A stretch of DNA of 64,000 nucleotides from Eutreptiella sp. 'Long Island Sound 2002' (taxonomy: Eukaryota; Protista; Euglenida), in assembly GCA_964036045.1 (NCBI GenBank), contig OZ038378.1, positions 128,464,001 through 128,528,000 of the forward strand, in the 5' to 3' direction. Shown in pieces: positions 28,001 through 39,240 of this stretch. Below the pieces are notes generated by a model. It made no database searches and was not told where the DNA came from. It saw only the letters and a program-made list of their open reading frames with translations. The position numbers and the translations under genes are program-made. Numbering within the stretch: position 1 is the first letter of the stretch; every line of letters starts with the position of its first letter.

Positions 28001-30457
28001 CGCTGCGCGTGCCACGTTGTCAGTGGACACGGCGAGGGAGCGCTTGCCCATGCGGCGGTGGGCGAGGGAGGCGGTGGTGATGAGGGGGGGGGACTGGCGG
28101 GTGAGGGCGTACGCCCGGAGGGAGGCGGGGGATTCTGGTCGGGCGTTCGCGCGGAGGGCGTCGCGGAGTAGGGGGAGAGTGAGGTCGGTGGGCGGGTGTA
28201 GGAGGGGGAGCCAGGGGTCCGGGGTGCAGTGGGCGGCGAAGAAGGCGTGGTCCACGGAGACGTGTCGGTTGGCCGTCTGGGATCGGGACTGTGCCGTGAC
28301 CTCAGCGAGCCGTTCCTCGCGGGTCGTGAGGGTGGCCCCCGGATGGGGGAGGATGCCGTGGAACGGTTCCAGGGGAGGGCAGGGCAACCGGAGGACTGTG
28401 CGAGTGGCGGAGGTGATGGAGGGGGAGGAGAGGACGGCAGCGCGAGAGACGTAGCCGGCAGCGCGAGAGACGTAGCCGCGGGCGGTCGATGCCTCCTGGG
28501 GGGCAGAGGACTGGGCGGCGAGGTCATGTATGGAGAGGGGAAAGGTGAACCGGGCCAGGGACCGTAGTAGTGGGGGGGTGTCAGGAGGGTGCGGGAGCAG
28601 CTGGTGCGCGAGGGAGTGGTGGGCGGCGATGTAGTGGTCGGGGAGGGAGGGGGTAAGGGAGAGCCAGCCCCACGCCAGGTCAAGGGCGGCTGAGAGGGAG
28701 TCCATGTCGTCGATAGTTGCCAGGCGCCATCGGAACAGACGCCACGAGTGGGCGTCGCAGGAGCGGTGGTGTAGGGTGACCTGCGCCAGCACCATGGCGT
28801 GTGAGGTGTGGCAGGGGAGGACTTGGTGAGTGTGGGAGGCGATGGGACCGGTGGCGAAGATGTGGTCGATGGCGGTGGACCGGGGGGAGCCGTGGCGGGT
28901 GGTGAAGCTGGTGGGAGTAGCTGGGGGGACCAGGCGGTGCCAGGCAGAGATCGGGCCTAGGGCCCCGAGCGCGGAGGCGAGGGGGGTGCACGGGGCTCCC
29001 GTGCTGTTGAGGTCGCCCAGGAGGACGCACAGGTCGGGACGTATGCAGGAGCGGAGGTGGTTCATGAGCTTGACCTCCGAAACCCACTCGGAGTACGAGA
29101 GGCGTGGGGGGAGGTGGGCGTTGAACAGGAGGGCACGGCCCCCTAGCGAGAGGGGGACCGTGGAGGCAATCCAGTGCGGGCTGTCGTAGACGAGGTCGGC
29201 GGGCTGGGAGGGGGCGCGGAGGGACCGGAGCCAGGCCGTGCGGAGGCCTGAGCCCTGGCCGGATGCGGTGCTGTAGTGGGCCTCGTACCGCGTTGGGAGG
29301 GCGCGGCGGGCCGCGGCCAAGTCCCAGAGTTCCTGCTCGGCGACCACATCGGGGGACAGGGCCTCGGGCCAGGTGCGGGCGAGGGAGACTTGGCCGGCGA
29401 TGCCGCCCCAGTTGTGCGTGAGAAAGGTGAGGGCTTTGTCGCGGAGGGGGGTGGGCGCCTGGTCACGGGTGTCGGGGAGGGAGAGGACGAAGGCGGGGGT
29501 CGGCTGGAGGAGGCGGTCGGGAGTGGGGGCGCAGGGGGTGGCCCAGGGGATGGCGGAGACGGGGACAGCCCCGGGCAGTAGCATGCCCTGGAAGCTGACC
29601 ACACAGCGGGCGGCGGTGTCACGAGTGCACACGGGCGGGGCTTTGTGGGGGGAGGTGCAGAAGAAGTGAGGCCAGTGGTCGGTCGGCGATGCGGTGAGGT
29701 TGACGAAGGCGGTGTGAGGCGTGGGGCGTCCACAGTCGGGGCAAGCGGAGGAGGTGACGAGTGGGGCGTCGGGCAGGGCGGGGTGTAGCGCCCACGCTGA
29801 GGTCGGGCCTGACGAGCGAGTGTACGCTGGGGACGGGGGGAGGGGGGTTGACGGCAAGTGGGCGGTGTCCCAGAAGGCGGTCCACTTGGCGTCCACGTGC
29901 AGGGGAGGGGTGATCCAGAAGGAGGGGTCACGGCGCTGGCGGGGGAAGGAGGCGAGCCAACCGCACACTGTGGGGAGGGCGGAGGCGAGGAGCGAGGGGG
30001 GTAGCGACGTGGAGACCTGGGCGGCGTGCAGGAGGTCTCGGAGGGGGCCCGGGGGGAGGTTGGCGGCCGGGGGGAGGCTAAGGGGGAGAAGGTCAGCAGA
30101 GTGTGTGCACACGGGGCAGTGCGTGAGGGCCGGGCGCCGCAGCGTGCCGCAATGAAGGCATATACGGGGGGCGGAGGCCGGTGGTGTAGCGGGTGTGCGG
30201 GGGGGGGGTCCCATGGGCGTGGGATTGGGGACGGGGCTCCGGGCCGGAGAGGAGGTCAGCCCCGGCGCGGTGGGCGTCGAGTGGGCGGGGGAAGTGGGAG
30301 GCGAGGAAGGTCGGCCAGGCCAGGGTCGGGAGGTCGGGAGCGCTGGAGGCGGGGAGAGTGTCCGGCAGGGCGAGTCAGTTGTGTCTGCGGGCACTGGGGA
30401 ACATGGTGCCGCGGACTGCCCTGCCTGACGTGGGGGCCGAGGGCGCTGTGCGGCCAT
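25031..30457 (-). pseudogene. LINE pol (~1800 codons): Zn ribbon, APE endonuclease, reverse transcriptase, RNase H, CCHC; one TAG and two homopolymer frameshifts
   Basis: APE ~28770-29435 (FLTHNWGG, VVAEQE, NAHLPP, LLGDLNS, IDHIF). RT ~27100-28060 (FRPVHV, SFAYRPG, CD*DESDAY, GGNQGD, YSDK at 27308-27319, IHPDK). RNase H ~26135-26545 (CDGS, DAEW, SDS, WLPAQH, NAEADSLA). CPFC-x9-H-x4-C at ~25785-25842. TAG at 27635-27637; frameshifts in G-runs at 27115-27120 and 25777-25785. Confidence 0.92.
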
Positions 30458-30548
30458 GGTGCCACGGGGAGCGTCGGGGGTTGGTTGGTTGGTTGGTTGG
30501 TTGCTGCCGCTGTGTCCCGGCGCTAGGCCAGGGCCCCCTAGGCTGCAG

Positions 30549-30748
30549 NNNNNNNNNNNNNNNNNNNNNNNNNNNNNNNNNNNNNNNNNNNNNNNNNNNN
30601 NNNNNNNNNNNNNNNNNNNNNNNNNNNNNNNNNNNNNNNNNNNNNNNNNNNNNNNNNNNNNNNNNNNNNNNNNNNNNNNNNNNNNNNNNNNNNNNNNNNN
30701 NNNNNNNNNNNNNNNNNNNNNNNNNNNNNNNNNNNNNNNNNNNNNNNN
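30549..30748. other. Assembly gap (200 N)
   Basis: Run of N. Confidence 1.
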
Positions 30749-30749
30749 C

Positions 30750-33294
30750 CATCATCCTTCCGATGGTTCAACTCGGTGTACCACCGTTGGGCTGACAGGG
30801 GGCAAGGGGCGGCGACACGGACGTGGGGGCTGGCGGGGTCGAAGACGCAGCTGAGGGGGGGCAGGCCAGCCGGGAGCCGGTCTGCTGGGCCGCCCAGGTC
30901 GCTAGCCAGTGGAGCAGGGCGACCCGGGCGACCTTGGGCTTGATGGCCTCCTCGGAGGCGAGGAGGTCCAGGAGGCGGCGGAAGGGGATGGGGGGGGGGG
31001 GGGGTCGGGGGAGAAGGGGGAAATGTGGGCGAGGGCGGCCGAGGCGAGAGTGGCCTGGTCGAGGGTGGAGGCACGAGCGCCCCAGTCGATGAGGGCGCTC
31101 ATGCAGGAGGCGTAGGGGAGCCACGAGGCGTCGTCGTGTGTGGTGAGGAGGGAGATCTCGTTCTCGGTGAGCTGCTCAGTGAAGGCGAACCACCAGAGGA
31201 GGGGGCTGGCCTCGATGTGGGAGCCGGCGAGGGGGATGGAGAGGACGTCCACATTCGCCGGCATGTGGCGCGCAGAGGCCAGCAGGCGTGGGGGTTGTTG
31301 GGAGTCCAGGGCGATGGACAGGAGGGGCCAGGCGTCGGCCGCCGTCAACTGTTCGCGCTGGAGGTCGGGGGACAGAGCTGAGAATGGGTGTGCCATGGTG
31401 CCTGTGGGGAGCGGAGCAAGGGAGGGTCCGACACACGGCGTGCCGGGGGGTGGGAGGTCCGTTGACGGCTGTGGGCGACACTCGTGGTGCGTGATGAGGG
31501 TGGGGAGGGTTGGTCGGGGTGGGCGGTCCAGAGCTGGGCTCTGGGGGTCGGTGGCGTGTGGTGGTGGTGGGTGTGTCCTGCTACCGGTGTCCTACTACGA
31601 GGAAGTGATGAGGGTGAAGACTGCTCGGGACTGAGGCCGGAGAGCCTGGGGCGGGGGAATGGGGCGCTGGCGGCGGGTTATCCCCGGCCGGGATGGCCGG
31701 GGTGCCCTGGGGCCCCGTGGGGGCGGAGGCTCCCCACGTCGGCTGGGTGCGAAACCACGGCCTGTGTTTCCGTCACCGAGGTTCTTAGGTTTCGACCCCA
31801 GGAACTTACCCGCCGCGGGGACTGTGGGCCGGGACGGCCAAGGGGGATGATCATGAAGAGGAAGTGGGGGGCCAGGATGAGCCTGGCGGTCAGCACCTTC
31901 CTTCGGCCTGGGGGAGGCCGATGCCCGGGGCTATTACCTCTCCCTTGTGCCCGTGGTGCGGTGGTGGGCGGTGGTGTGGTACCCCCCAACCGGCGTCTGT
32001 GCCCGGTGCCGTGGGCACAGACCCCCGTTGGGGGCGGGTATGAAGCGCCCGGTCGCCTCGCCCCCCCTGCACAACAGCCCGCCAGGCGCTGCTTGGCCTC
32101 TAGCGCCAGCTGTCGTGGGGGGGGGCGCTCGGGGCAGTGCGGGGCCCCTCCGCTCTCCCGGCGGCCCGCACTGCCCGTATAATGCACCGAGGGGCGGCGC
32201 GGGCTCGAACCGCACGCGCGGGCCGCGCCGCCCGAGCCGGGGTGGGGGACAGGGGGGGGACTGGGGGGGGTCAGGGGGTCGCGGCAGTTGGATGGAGGGT
32301 GGCGGGGGCTCGTACCGCGCACCGGCGGGCCCCACCACCCTCCAGTCGGGAGGCGCGGCTGCGGGGGTTCTGGGGGCCCCACCCAGGGGCCTTCGCCCCC
32401 CCCCGTGCGGTTTCGGTGTGGGGGAGGGGAGGCAAAGGCCACTCGCGGCCATGACACATGGTGCACAGGGAGGGAGGTATGACTCATGCAACGCCATGAT
32501 GCATGCAGCAGGGGGAAGGGGGGGCAAGGCCTGGACCCCCACCGCGTATGGGGGGACCCCTCGTCGGCCAGGCGTCCGCCCGTCGGCGGCTGCGGAAGCC
32601 CACCTCGGTGGCGTCGGCAACCTGTGAAGAAGAAGAGGGGGTGTGGAGGGGAGGAGGGGCCTGGTGTGCACGCGGGGAGGGGGGGGGGGCGTGGGCCGGT
32701 TGGCGGGCGCGCGCGCGAGGGGGAGGGGTTGCGGTGTGCTCAGCCGCGAGCGCCACCGTTCGGCTGACCGGGGAGGAGGGGCGGCCTGGGCTGGCCAAAG
32801 TCGGACGGGGAGCCCGGGGCGCCCGCGGCGCTGGGGGCCACGGTCAGCGGAGGGGCCCGCACCCCGCTCGGCGGGGACGAATCCCGCCAAGCATCATCCA
32901 CGGGGGCGAATCCTGGTGGAGGCGGGGGGAAGCGCCACGCCGTCCCCTCGCGGCCGAACCGGACCGGGACGGGCCCCGCCGGATGGATACCGGGGGGGCG
33001 GGCGGGGCTGGGCTCCGGGGCTCCGGGGCCCGGGTCTCTGGTGGCTGTGGGCCGGCGCGGGGGGGACCGGGCGGGCCTCTGGGCTGTGGCTGGTGAGGGG
33101 GGGCGCGGAAGGGCCGGGCTGGCTCGGGGGCGAACCCCGAGAGGCCCCCAGGAGCTGGGCGAGGGCTCCTGAGGGCGGCCGTTCCCTGAGGGGGGGGGGG
33201 GGGGTGCTCCCTGCCCGGGGGACGACAGGGGCCCCTCTTGAGCGAGGGGGGGGGGCTGGCGTGTATCGCCCGGTGTAGGGCCATGTCGATTCAT
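30750..33294 (-). pseudogene. LINE 5' coding region (ORF1-like or N-terminal extension), proline-rich and frameshifted
   Basis: ATGs at 33294/33284. A globular-looking segment MAHPFSALSPDLQREQLTAADAWPLL...SWLPYASCMSALIDWG continues across a 15-G run (30990-31004) as PFRRLLDLLASEEAIKPKVARVALLHWLATW. No gag knuckle or RRM recognised. Confidence 0.5.
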
Positions 33295-33988
33295 GGCCGC
33301 GCGGCATGGGACTATATCCCCAACCCTCCGCGCCGGAGTCCCTTTTTCGGGGGGGGCTGAGGCGGGGGGGGGGGGGCGGCGGTCGTTGTGTGCACCCTCC
33401 CATGTGGGGGGGGGGGGGTCGCCGGTGGGAGCTCCGTCCGGCGTGGCTGTGAAACCCGGTGGCGTCCCCTGGGCTCGTGGGCCCCTTCGAGGAAGAACCT
33501 CGGATTCGCCGGGGGGGACTCCGCTAGTATGTACCGAGGTGTAGGGTCACAGGTTGGGCTTGGGAAGGGAATTAGGGACCGCCTCCCCCTATTTTGGGGT
33601 CCGGAAACACACAAAAATATGTTTTAGAAGTGATGTAATCTTGTCCATTTTGATGTCCCTCAAACGAATACTTGAGGTGGAAAGGGCCAGTACTAGGCGT
33701 TTGGACCACAAATTTACCTATTTTTAGGACACTGGTCAGGGTCCGAGTAACAGTGATGTCATACCCTATTTTTAGCCATTGTGAGCCCTTTATACCGGCA
33801 AATACTCACAAATAACCATCCAATTCAAAGAGTCTCAATTATTGATTTATTGGTTGTGTATAGTGGCGGTGTGGGTTACTTTTAGGATGTAGTGATTATT
33901 TTTTGGAGTCCGTTTGACCCTGCACTTAGGTGGAAACACCGCCTTACATATGCCGTATGTATTTATTCATGTATATTTATTACTATTG

Positions 33989-35090
33989 CTACACCCCCCT
34001 CCCCTGAAACTTTTCTAGCAAGCAAGCAACAAGCACGTCACCATTCCGTTTTGGCCATTGCCCCTTCCCAACGCCTCGGGCTTGACTTTACTTTAGCTAT
34101 CCTCGAGCCTGGTTGGTGGCCTTGCCAAATCCATATTTTGAGCCAAAAACTCACCACTGGCGGCCCGGGGCGTGGGCGCCAAGTTGGGAGGTGCCCTCCC
34201 AAATCTTTGTCGTTGTGGGCCAAAAAATGCCATTTTTCGCCCAAAATAGCCCCCAAACCCGGGCGAAACGCCCAGACGAAGGGAAACGGTGTGTACACTA
34301 CACGTGCGGCTTGACTTCACCGTGTCAAACAGCCCTCTAGTGCCGTTCAACTCCACGATATGTCCGAGAAACGGCCCAAAAAGGCGCCAAAAAGCCCCAA
34401 ATTTGCGCAATGTGCACCAACACCTCGAAACCAAGCACGGGCCGTATCTTGGACTACGTGGCTCAATATCAGTTTCCGAGGGCACCTAGTCCACCCGCAA
34501 CCCCGCACTTTTTGTGATTTCCACCCCTTGCAATCACCCAAATGGACACCTAGACACCCGTACCACCGCCCACTAGGCTGCGGCAAGCTGCACACTTGAG
34601 CCAAACGCGTGGACGCCCAAAAGGGGTCAATAGGGTGCACCGGGGTGAAAAAAATTGCCGTTTTGGAAGTTGCTTCGAGACCACGTGGGATGCCAAAACA
34701 AGTGGTTTTAGCCAATTTTGAGCCTGTGGTGGCCTGTTTTCGCCCTCCCAAAATGACAAAACGCCATGGAAATGGGAGCTTTTGGGGCGGAAAACAGGTC
34801 AAAAAGGGGTCAAAAACTTGTTTTTCGAAAACTGATATTGGACCATTTGGCGTGCACAAACAGGTGAAATGAGGTCATTTTGGGCCCGTTTTGAGCCATT
34901 TTGGCCCACTCAAAGCCCAAAAAAGCCATGAAAGTTGGCTAATTTGGGGCCAAAAATGGGACAAAAAATCATCCCGTACCATTTGGGATGCACATGGGTG
35001 TGAGTGGAGCCCATTTTTGGCCGTTTTGAACCCATTTGCCCCATGTAGCACACCCGTTATGGCCTTGCAATTATGCGAAAATGCCTTGAA
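33989..35090 (-). mobile_element. Family B TIR element, reverse orientation, one end eroded
   Basis: Begins CTACACCCCCCTCCCC and is the reverse-complement homologue of 5133-6493. The right boundary is approximate. Confidence 0.7.
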
Positions 35091-35954
35091 ATAAAAAGGC
35101 AGTCCCATATGGCAGGGTCATTATTGAGGACTCACACACTTGTGCACTAGGTTCTTTCATCAAGCTGTCCATGCTGTGAGCGCCAGATTCCGCATGACGG
35201 GGCGCAATACAAAAGTCGTTTGTTGCGTGCTGAGTTTGTGCACTATCTTTTTTCATCAAACCGTCCATGGTGATCAAACCGTCCATGCTGTGAGCGTCAG
35301 ATTCCGCAAGACGAGGCGCTATACAACAGTCATTTGTTGTGTCCTGCTCTTGGTCTTAGGCCCTTCCCTAGAAAGTCGTCCCTGTTTGCAACAGGTGCAA
35401 CAGGTCGTAGGCCCTTCCCTTCCCTTCCCCTCCGTTCCTCGCATCTTTGTTTTGAGGCTGAAGGCTTGTGGAAGTGGGGTGTAAGCGGGGAGGTACCTTC
35501 ATGGCGGTGTGGTCCGAAGCCATGGCCACACGTCCGCACTTGCCTTCCAACCCCCCCTATATATGTGTGTCTATTGTAAAGCTAACCCCTTGTCTGCCTC
35601 AGGAGCCTACCCCCCTGAGGTTTGCAGTACGTCTGCGAATACCGATGCTACCCTCCCCTCAATTGGGGTGAGGGGCGGTGCGAACCGCCGGATCACACCT
35701 GGGACGCATAGCCGACCGTTCGGAGGTGCCCGACAAAAGTGGTGGATTTGGGTCCACCAGGGGGGGGGGGGGGGGCACACCTCTCCGCTCTTCCACATTC
35801 CACACACCACAGGACACGGTGAGAAACACACCTGCCTTTCTTTTGGGTCACCTCAAACCCATAGCCACATGCGGCTTGAGAGAGGGGCGTAGATTAAGGT
35901 AGATTAAGATCTATATATATGTTAATATATATTTATATATATAGATGTATATTG

Positions 35955-37146
35955 CTACACCCCTCTCCCCTTTAACCTAGCCAAAAACAACAACAAGCAA
36001 CAAGCAACAAGCAACAACAAGCACGTCTCCATGCCGTTTTGGCCATTGCCCCGTCCCAACGCTTCGGATCTTTTGCCCATGTAGCCATCTTGGAGTTTAG
36101 GTAGTGGCCTTGCCAAATCCAAGTTTTGAGCAAGAAACTCACCGGTGGGGGCCCGGGCTGGTGGCGTCAAGTCGGGAGGTGCCCTCCCAAATCTGCGCAG
36201 TTTTGGGCCAAAAACACCCATTTTTCGCCCAAAATAGTCCCCAAACCCGGGCAAAACGCCCAAACGAAGGGAAACACTTGCTACACCCCATGTGCAACTT
36301 GACTTCACCGTGTCAAAGAGCCCTCTAGTGCCTTTCAACTGCACTATATGTCCGAGAAACGGCCCAAAAAGGCGCCAAAAAGCCCCAAAAGCCGCGCAAT
36401 GTGCACCAACACCCCAAAACCAAGCACGGGCCGTATGTTGGGCTACGTGGGTCAAATCTGAATTCCGAGGGCACCTAGTCCACCCGCAACCCCCCATTTT
36501 TTGTGATTTCCAACCCTCAAAATCGCCCAACGAGCCACCTAGACCCTCGTACCAGTGGTCGCTTGGTGGAGCCGGAGGGCACCCCTGCCCGCGCACAGTT
36601 GGGGCCAACCGTGGGTCCACAAAGGTGCACGGGGCGAAAAAAATCATTTTTTCCAATGTTGTTCCTAGACCAATTGGGATGCGCATCCAAGTGTTTTTGG
36701 GCCGTTTTGAGCTCGTGGTGATGCATTTTGGGCCATGGAAACCCAAAATGCCTTGAAAATGGGCCGTTTTGGGACCAAAAATGGGTCAAAACTGGGTCAA
36801 AAACACATTTTTCGTAAGGTGATCGTGGACCATTTATGATTCTCAAACAAGTCTTTTTAGCCCATTTTGAGCCCGGGGTGACGCGTTTTGGCCCATGGAA
36901 AATCCCAATATGCCTTGAAAATGGGCCGTTTTGGGTCCAAAAATGGGTCAAAAATAGGTGAAAAATGCTTTTTTCAAAAGTGATCTTGGACCATTTGAGA
37001 TGCTCAAACAAGTGATTTTAGCCACTTTTGAGCCCGTTTTGACCGAGTTTAGCCCCTTCCACCACATGTATGCACCACATTGTGCCCTTTGCACGTACCT
37101 TAGAGCGGTATGGTGGAGCCACCTAGAGTTGGGGAGAGGGGTGTAG
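35955..37146 (-). mobile_element. Family B TIR element with perfect 16-bp TIRs
   Basis: CTACACCCCTCTCCCC (35955-35970) and GGGGAGAGGGGTGTAG (37131-37146), with TA-rich flanks on both sides. Confidence 0.88.
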
Positions 37147-37152
37147 ATTGGA

Positions 37153-37210
<58 letters not shown>

Positions 37211-37849
37211 GTCTCAATGCTAATGAGAGAGAGATTTATGAATGCACCAGAAACCACACACATGCCGCCACCACATGGCAAGGAGAAACGTGACCTACTA
37301 CCATCCATTTTGACCACCTGGGCCACGTTCTCGCAAATCTGCTCATGAGGGCATGGTTTGGGATATCGACTACCACACGGCTTATCTACGTTTGAATGCA
37401 CCCGTTGAACCATTTGTGAAAACAAGTATGATCAACAGCATTCTCATTCCCCGTTCGACTTGCAGGGGACTTGTCTTAGGCACTTGACAACTCATGACCG
37501 AATCGGGCGGCACCATGTTGCAGTACGTGTGCGACACACTCGGCATTGAAAACCAAAGGAACCGGTACGCATACCAACATATCGCTGTGAAGGGGGCTTT
37601 GGACTCAAACAACTTTGGTGGGCCTTCATTACCCAGTGGACCACCCGCCGCAACAAGAGATCATGACCCCCCCAGGAACCCCTAAGACCTTCTACACAAC
37701 AACTCAGTCTCACACAAAACAAGTAGACACCATGCGGGCCTTGGGCGGATCCACTAACCAACATGTCTCCCAAGGAAGAGTATACACACCCCTAAGCACG
37801 AGCCTGCATGACTCAGAAAGCTCTACCGAAGACCTTGACCTTGAGGGCG

Positions 37850-39240
37850 GACACACCTAGGCAACCATACACAGGTTGTCTTACGACAGGATACGACCCC
37901 CCAACGAACCAGCCCCGGAAGACACGGCAACGGTCATCTCCTAGCTACCGCATACCAAGATGTGACGTGGGGTAGCCATATACAAACCAAACAGCATGGG
38001 CGTGCGGGGCAACGGCCCCTTCCACGCAGCTTTACGTGTACATGACTCTCAACAAGTCTGTAGAGCAAAAACTGTGGCTTGCACCATTGCATCCGACCTG
38101 GCCCAAGAGGGCAACGAAACCATCCTCGACAAACCAGGGGGTAGTCAAGGCGACACAAGTGCGATGCAATTGAACTATCAAAGACCAAGACTACTGTGAT
38201 GTGGGTCACCACAACGTGATGACACAACACTTAGGCGTGCGGTGGACACCTAGACACCAGAAGTTGCACCAAGCAAATGCCTACTAAGACTACTAGGGCT
38301 AGGGCATGCAATAATCATTCCAACCACCTAGCCAACCTAGGTCACAATTTACCTGCCGACGAGCTACCAGCGCAACCCCACGACATCCTCATTCACGGGC
38401 AACCATAGATGGTGGGGCAGGTATGCTGGTGGGGTGTTGGTGCCCCCTAGGAACGTTTCTTAACTTCATTGGGGTCATGTGACAAACGCAACGGAGGATC
38501 AATACAAATATGCCTTGCCTTCTTTGACTCAACGAGAGCTGCCCCTTTAGAGGCCGACCTGTGGCTGCACGAAGCACGCCAAGCATCCACAACGAGGCGG
38601 TGCAATGGTTCCACAGAATTATCCTCAGGGCGCCTACCACACCCGATGAACCACAACCGAACAAATGACCGCGACTCCACCTAGACAATAAATGGAGGAC
38701 ATGGCACAAGCCAATGGAGGGCGCAACGAGACGACTCTTGTGGGCCATAAAACAGGCATATCAACATGCTTGCATGACAGAGTGCACCATGGAACACATA
38801 CGGATCGTAGACAAGTTGTACACACGAGCCATGTTGGGGAAACCCACTTGCTACTCACTTGCTACTCATGTAGAGACTCTGCAAAGCCAGACTACCTAAA
38901 CAACAGATAACACTTCATGGCACGACCCGCTCCATGAAAATGTCAAATTAACAAATGGCACACACATTGTACGGAAACTCCAAACACTTGCACCAACAAC
39001 ATGAAAGGTAACTCCATCCTGGAAATGGTCCAATTATGTCCATACTTTCCACTCCTGCCACGTTGCCTGCAGTTGCCATGATGCCGGTGGCTGGCGGATT
39101 TCTAACACGTGAAAATGTACTACTACCCCCTCCTCCCCAAGAATCCATCGCAAGGAACAACATTTTTTTTATCAAATGGGCTCAATCACAGTGCCAAAGG
39201 GCAAGAGTGATGGGTTAAGTGCAGGTTTTGGCATGCAGCC
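37850..39240 (+). pseudogene. Decayed LINE pol relic related to the central LINE
   Basis: PGGSQGDTSAMQLNYQ (~38135-38185) matches EGGNQGDGFAQLHYQ. Weaker downstream matches are ADE, ILIHG (cf. IIHPD) and IKWAQSQ (cf. AWLPAQ). Boundaries are approximate. Confidence 0.4.

Larger units (their letters stand above)
23679..33528 (-). mobile_element. Full-length ~9.85-kb non-LTR retrotransposon (LINE) of APE-RT-RNase H type
   Basis: 13-bp direct repeat ATGTACCGAGGTG at 23666-23678 and 33529-33541 (TSD). (GTT)7 at 23679-23699 reads as a (CAA)7 3' tail. There is a sharp switch to very high GC/CpG, and pol domains lie on the minus strand. Length includes a 200-N gap. Confidence 0.93.
23647..33954. mobile_element. 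MITE related to family A (~445 bp when reconstituted), split by the LINE insertion
   Basis: Perfect 14-bp TIRs GGCATATGTAAGGC (23647-23660) and GCCTTACATATGCC (33941-33954), with TA one base outside each. The internal 33580-33800 segment resembles family A (cccctattttgggg.ccggaaac, atacc.tatttttagc). Confidence 0.8.

Noticed and set aside
23700-33500. Numerous long plus-strand and alternative-frame ORFs in the LINE
   Set aside because: They are shadows of very high GC content and carry no domain motifs.
35951-37150. ATTG on both sides of the family B TIRs as a 4-bp TSD
   Set aside because: Other copies show these bases belong to the element's extended termini, not to the target site.
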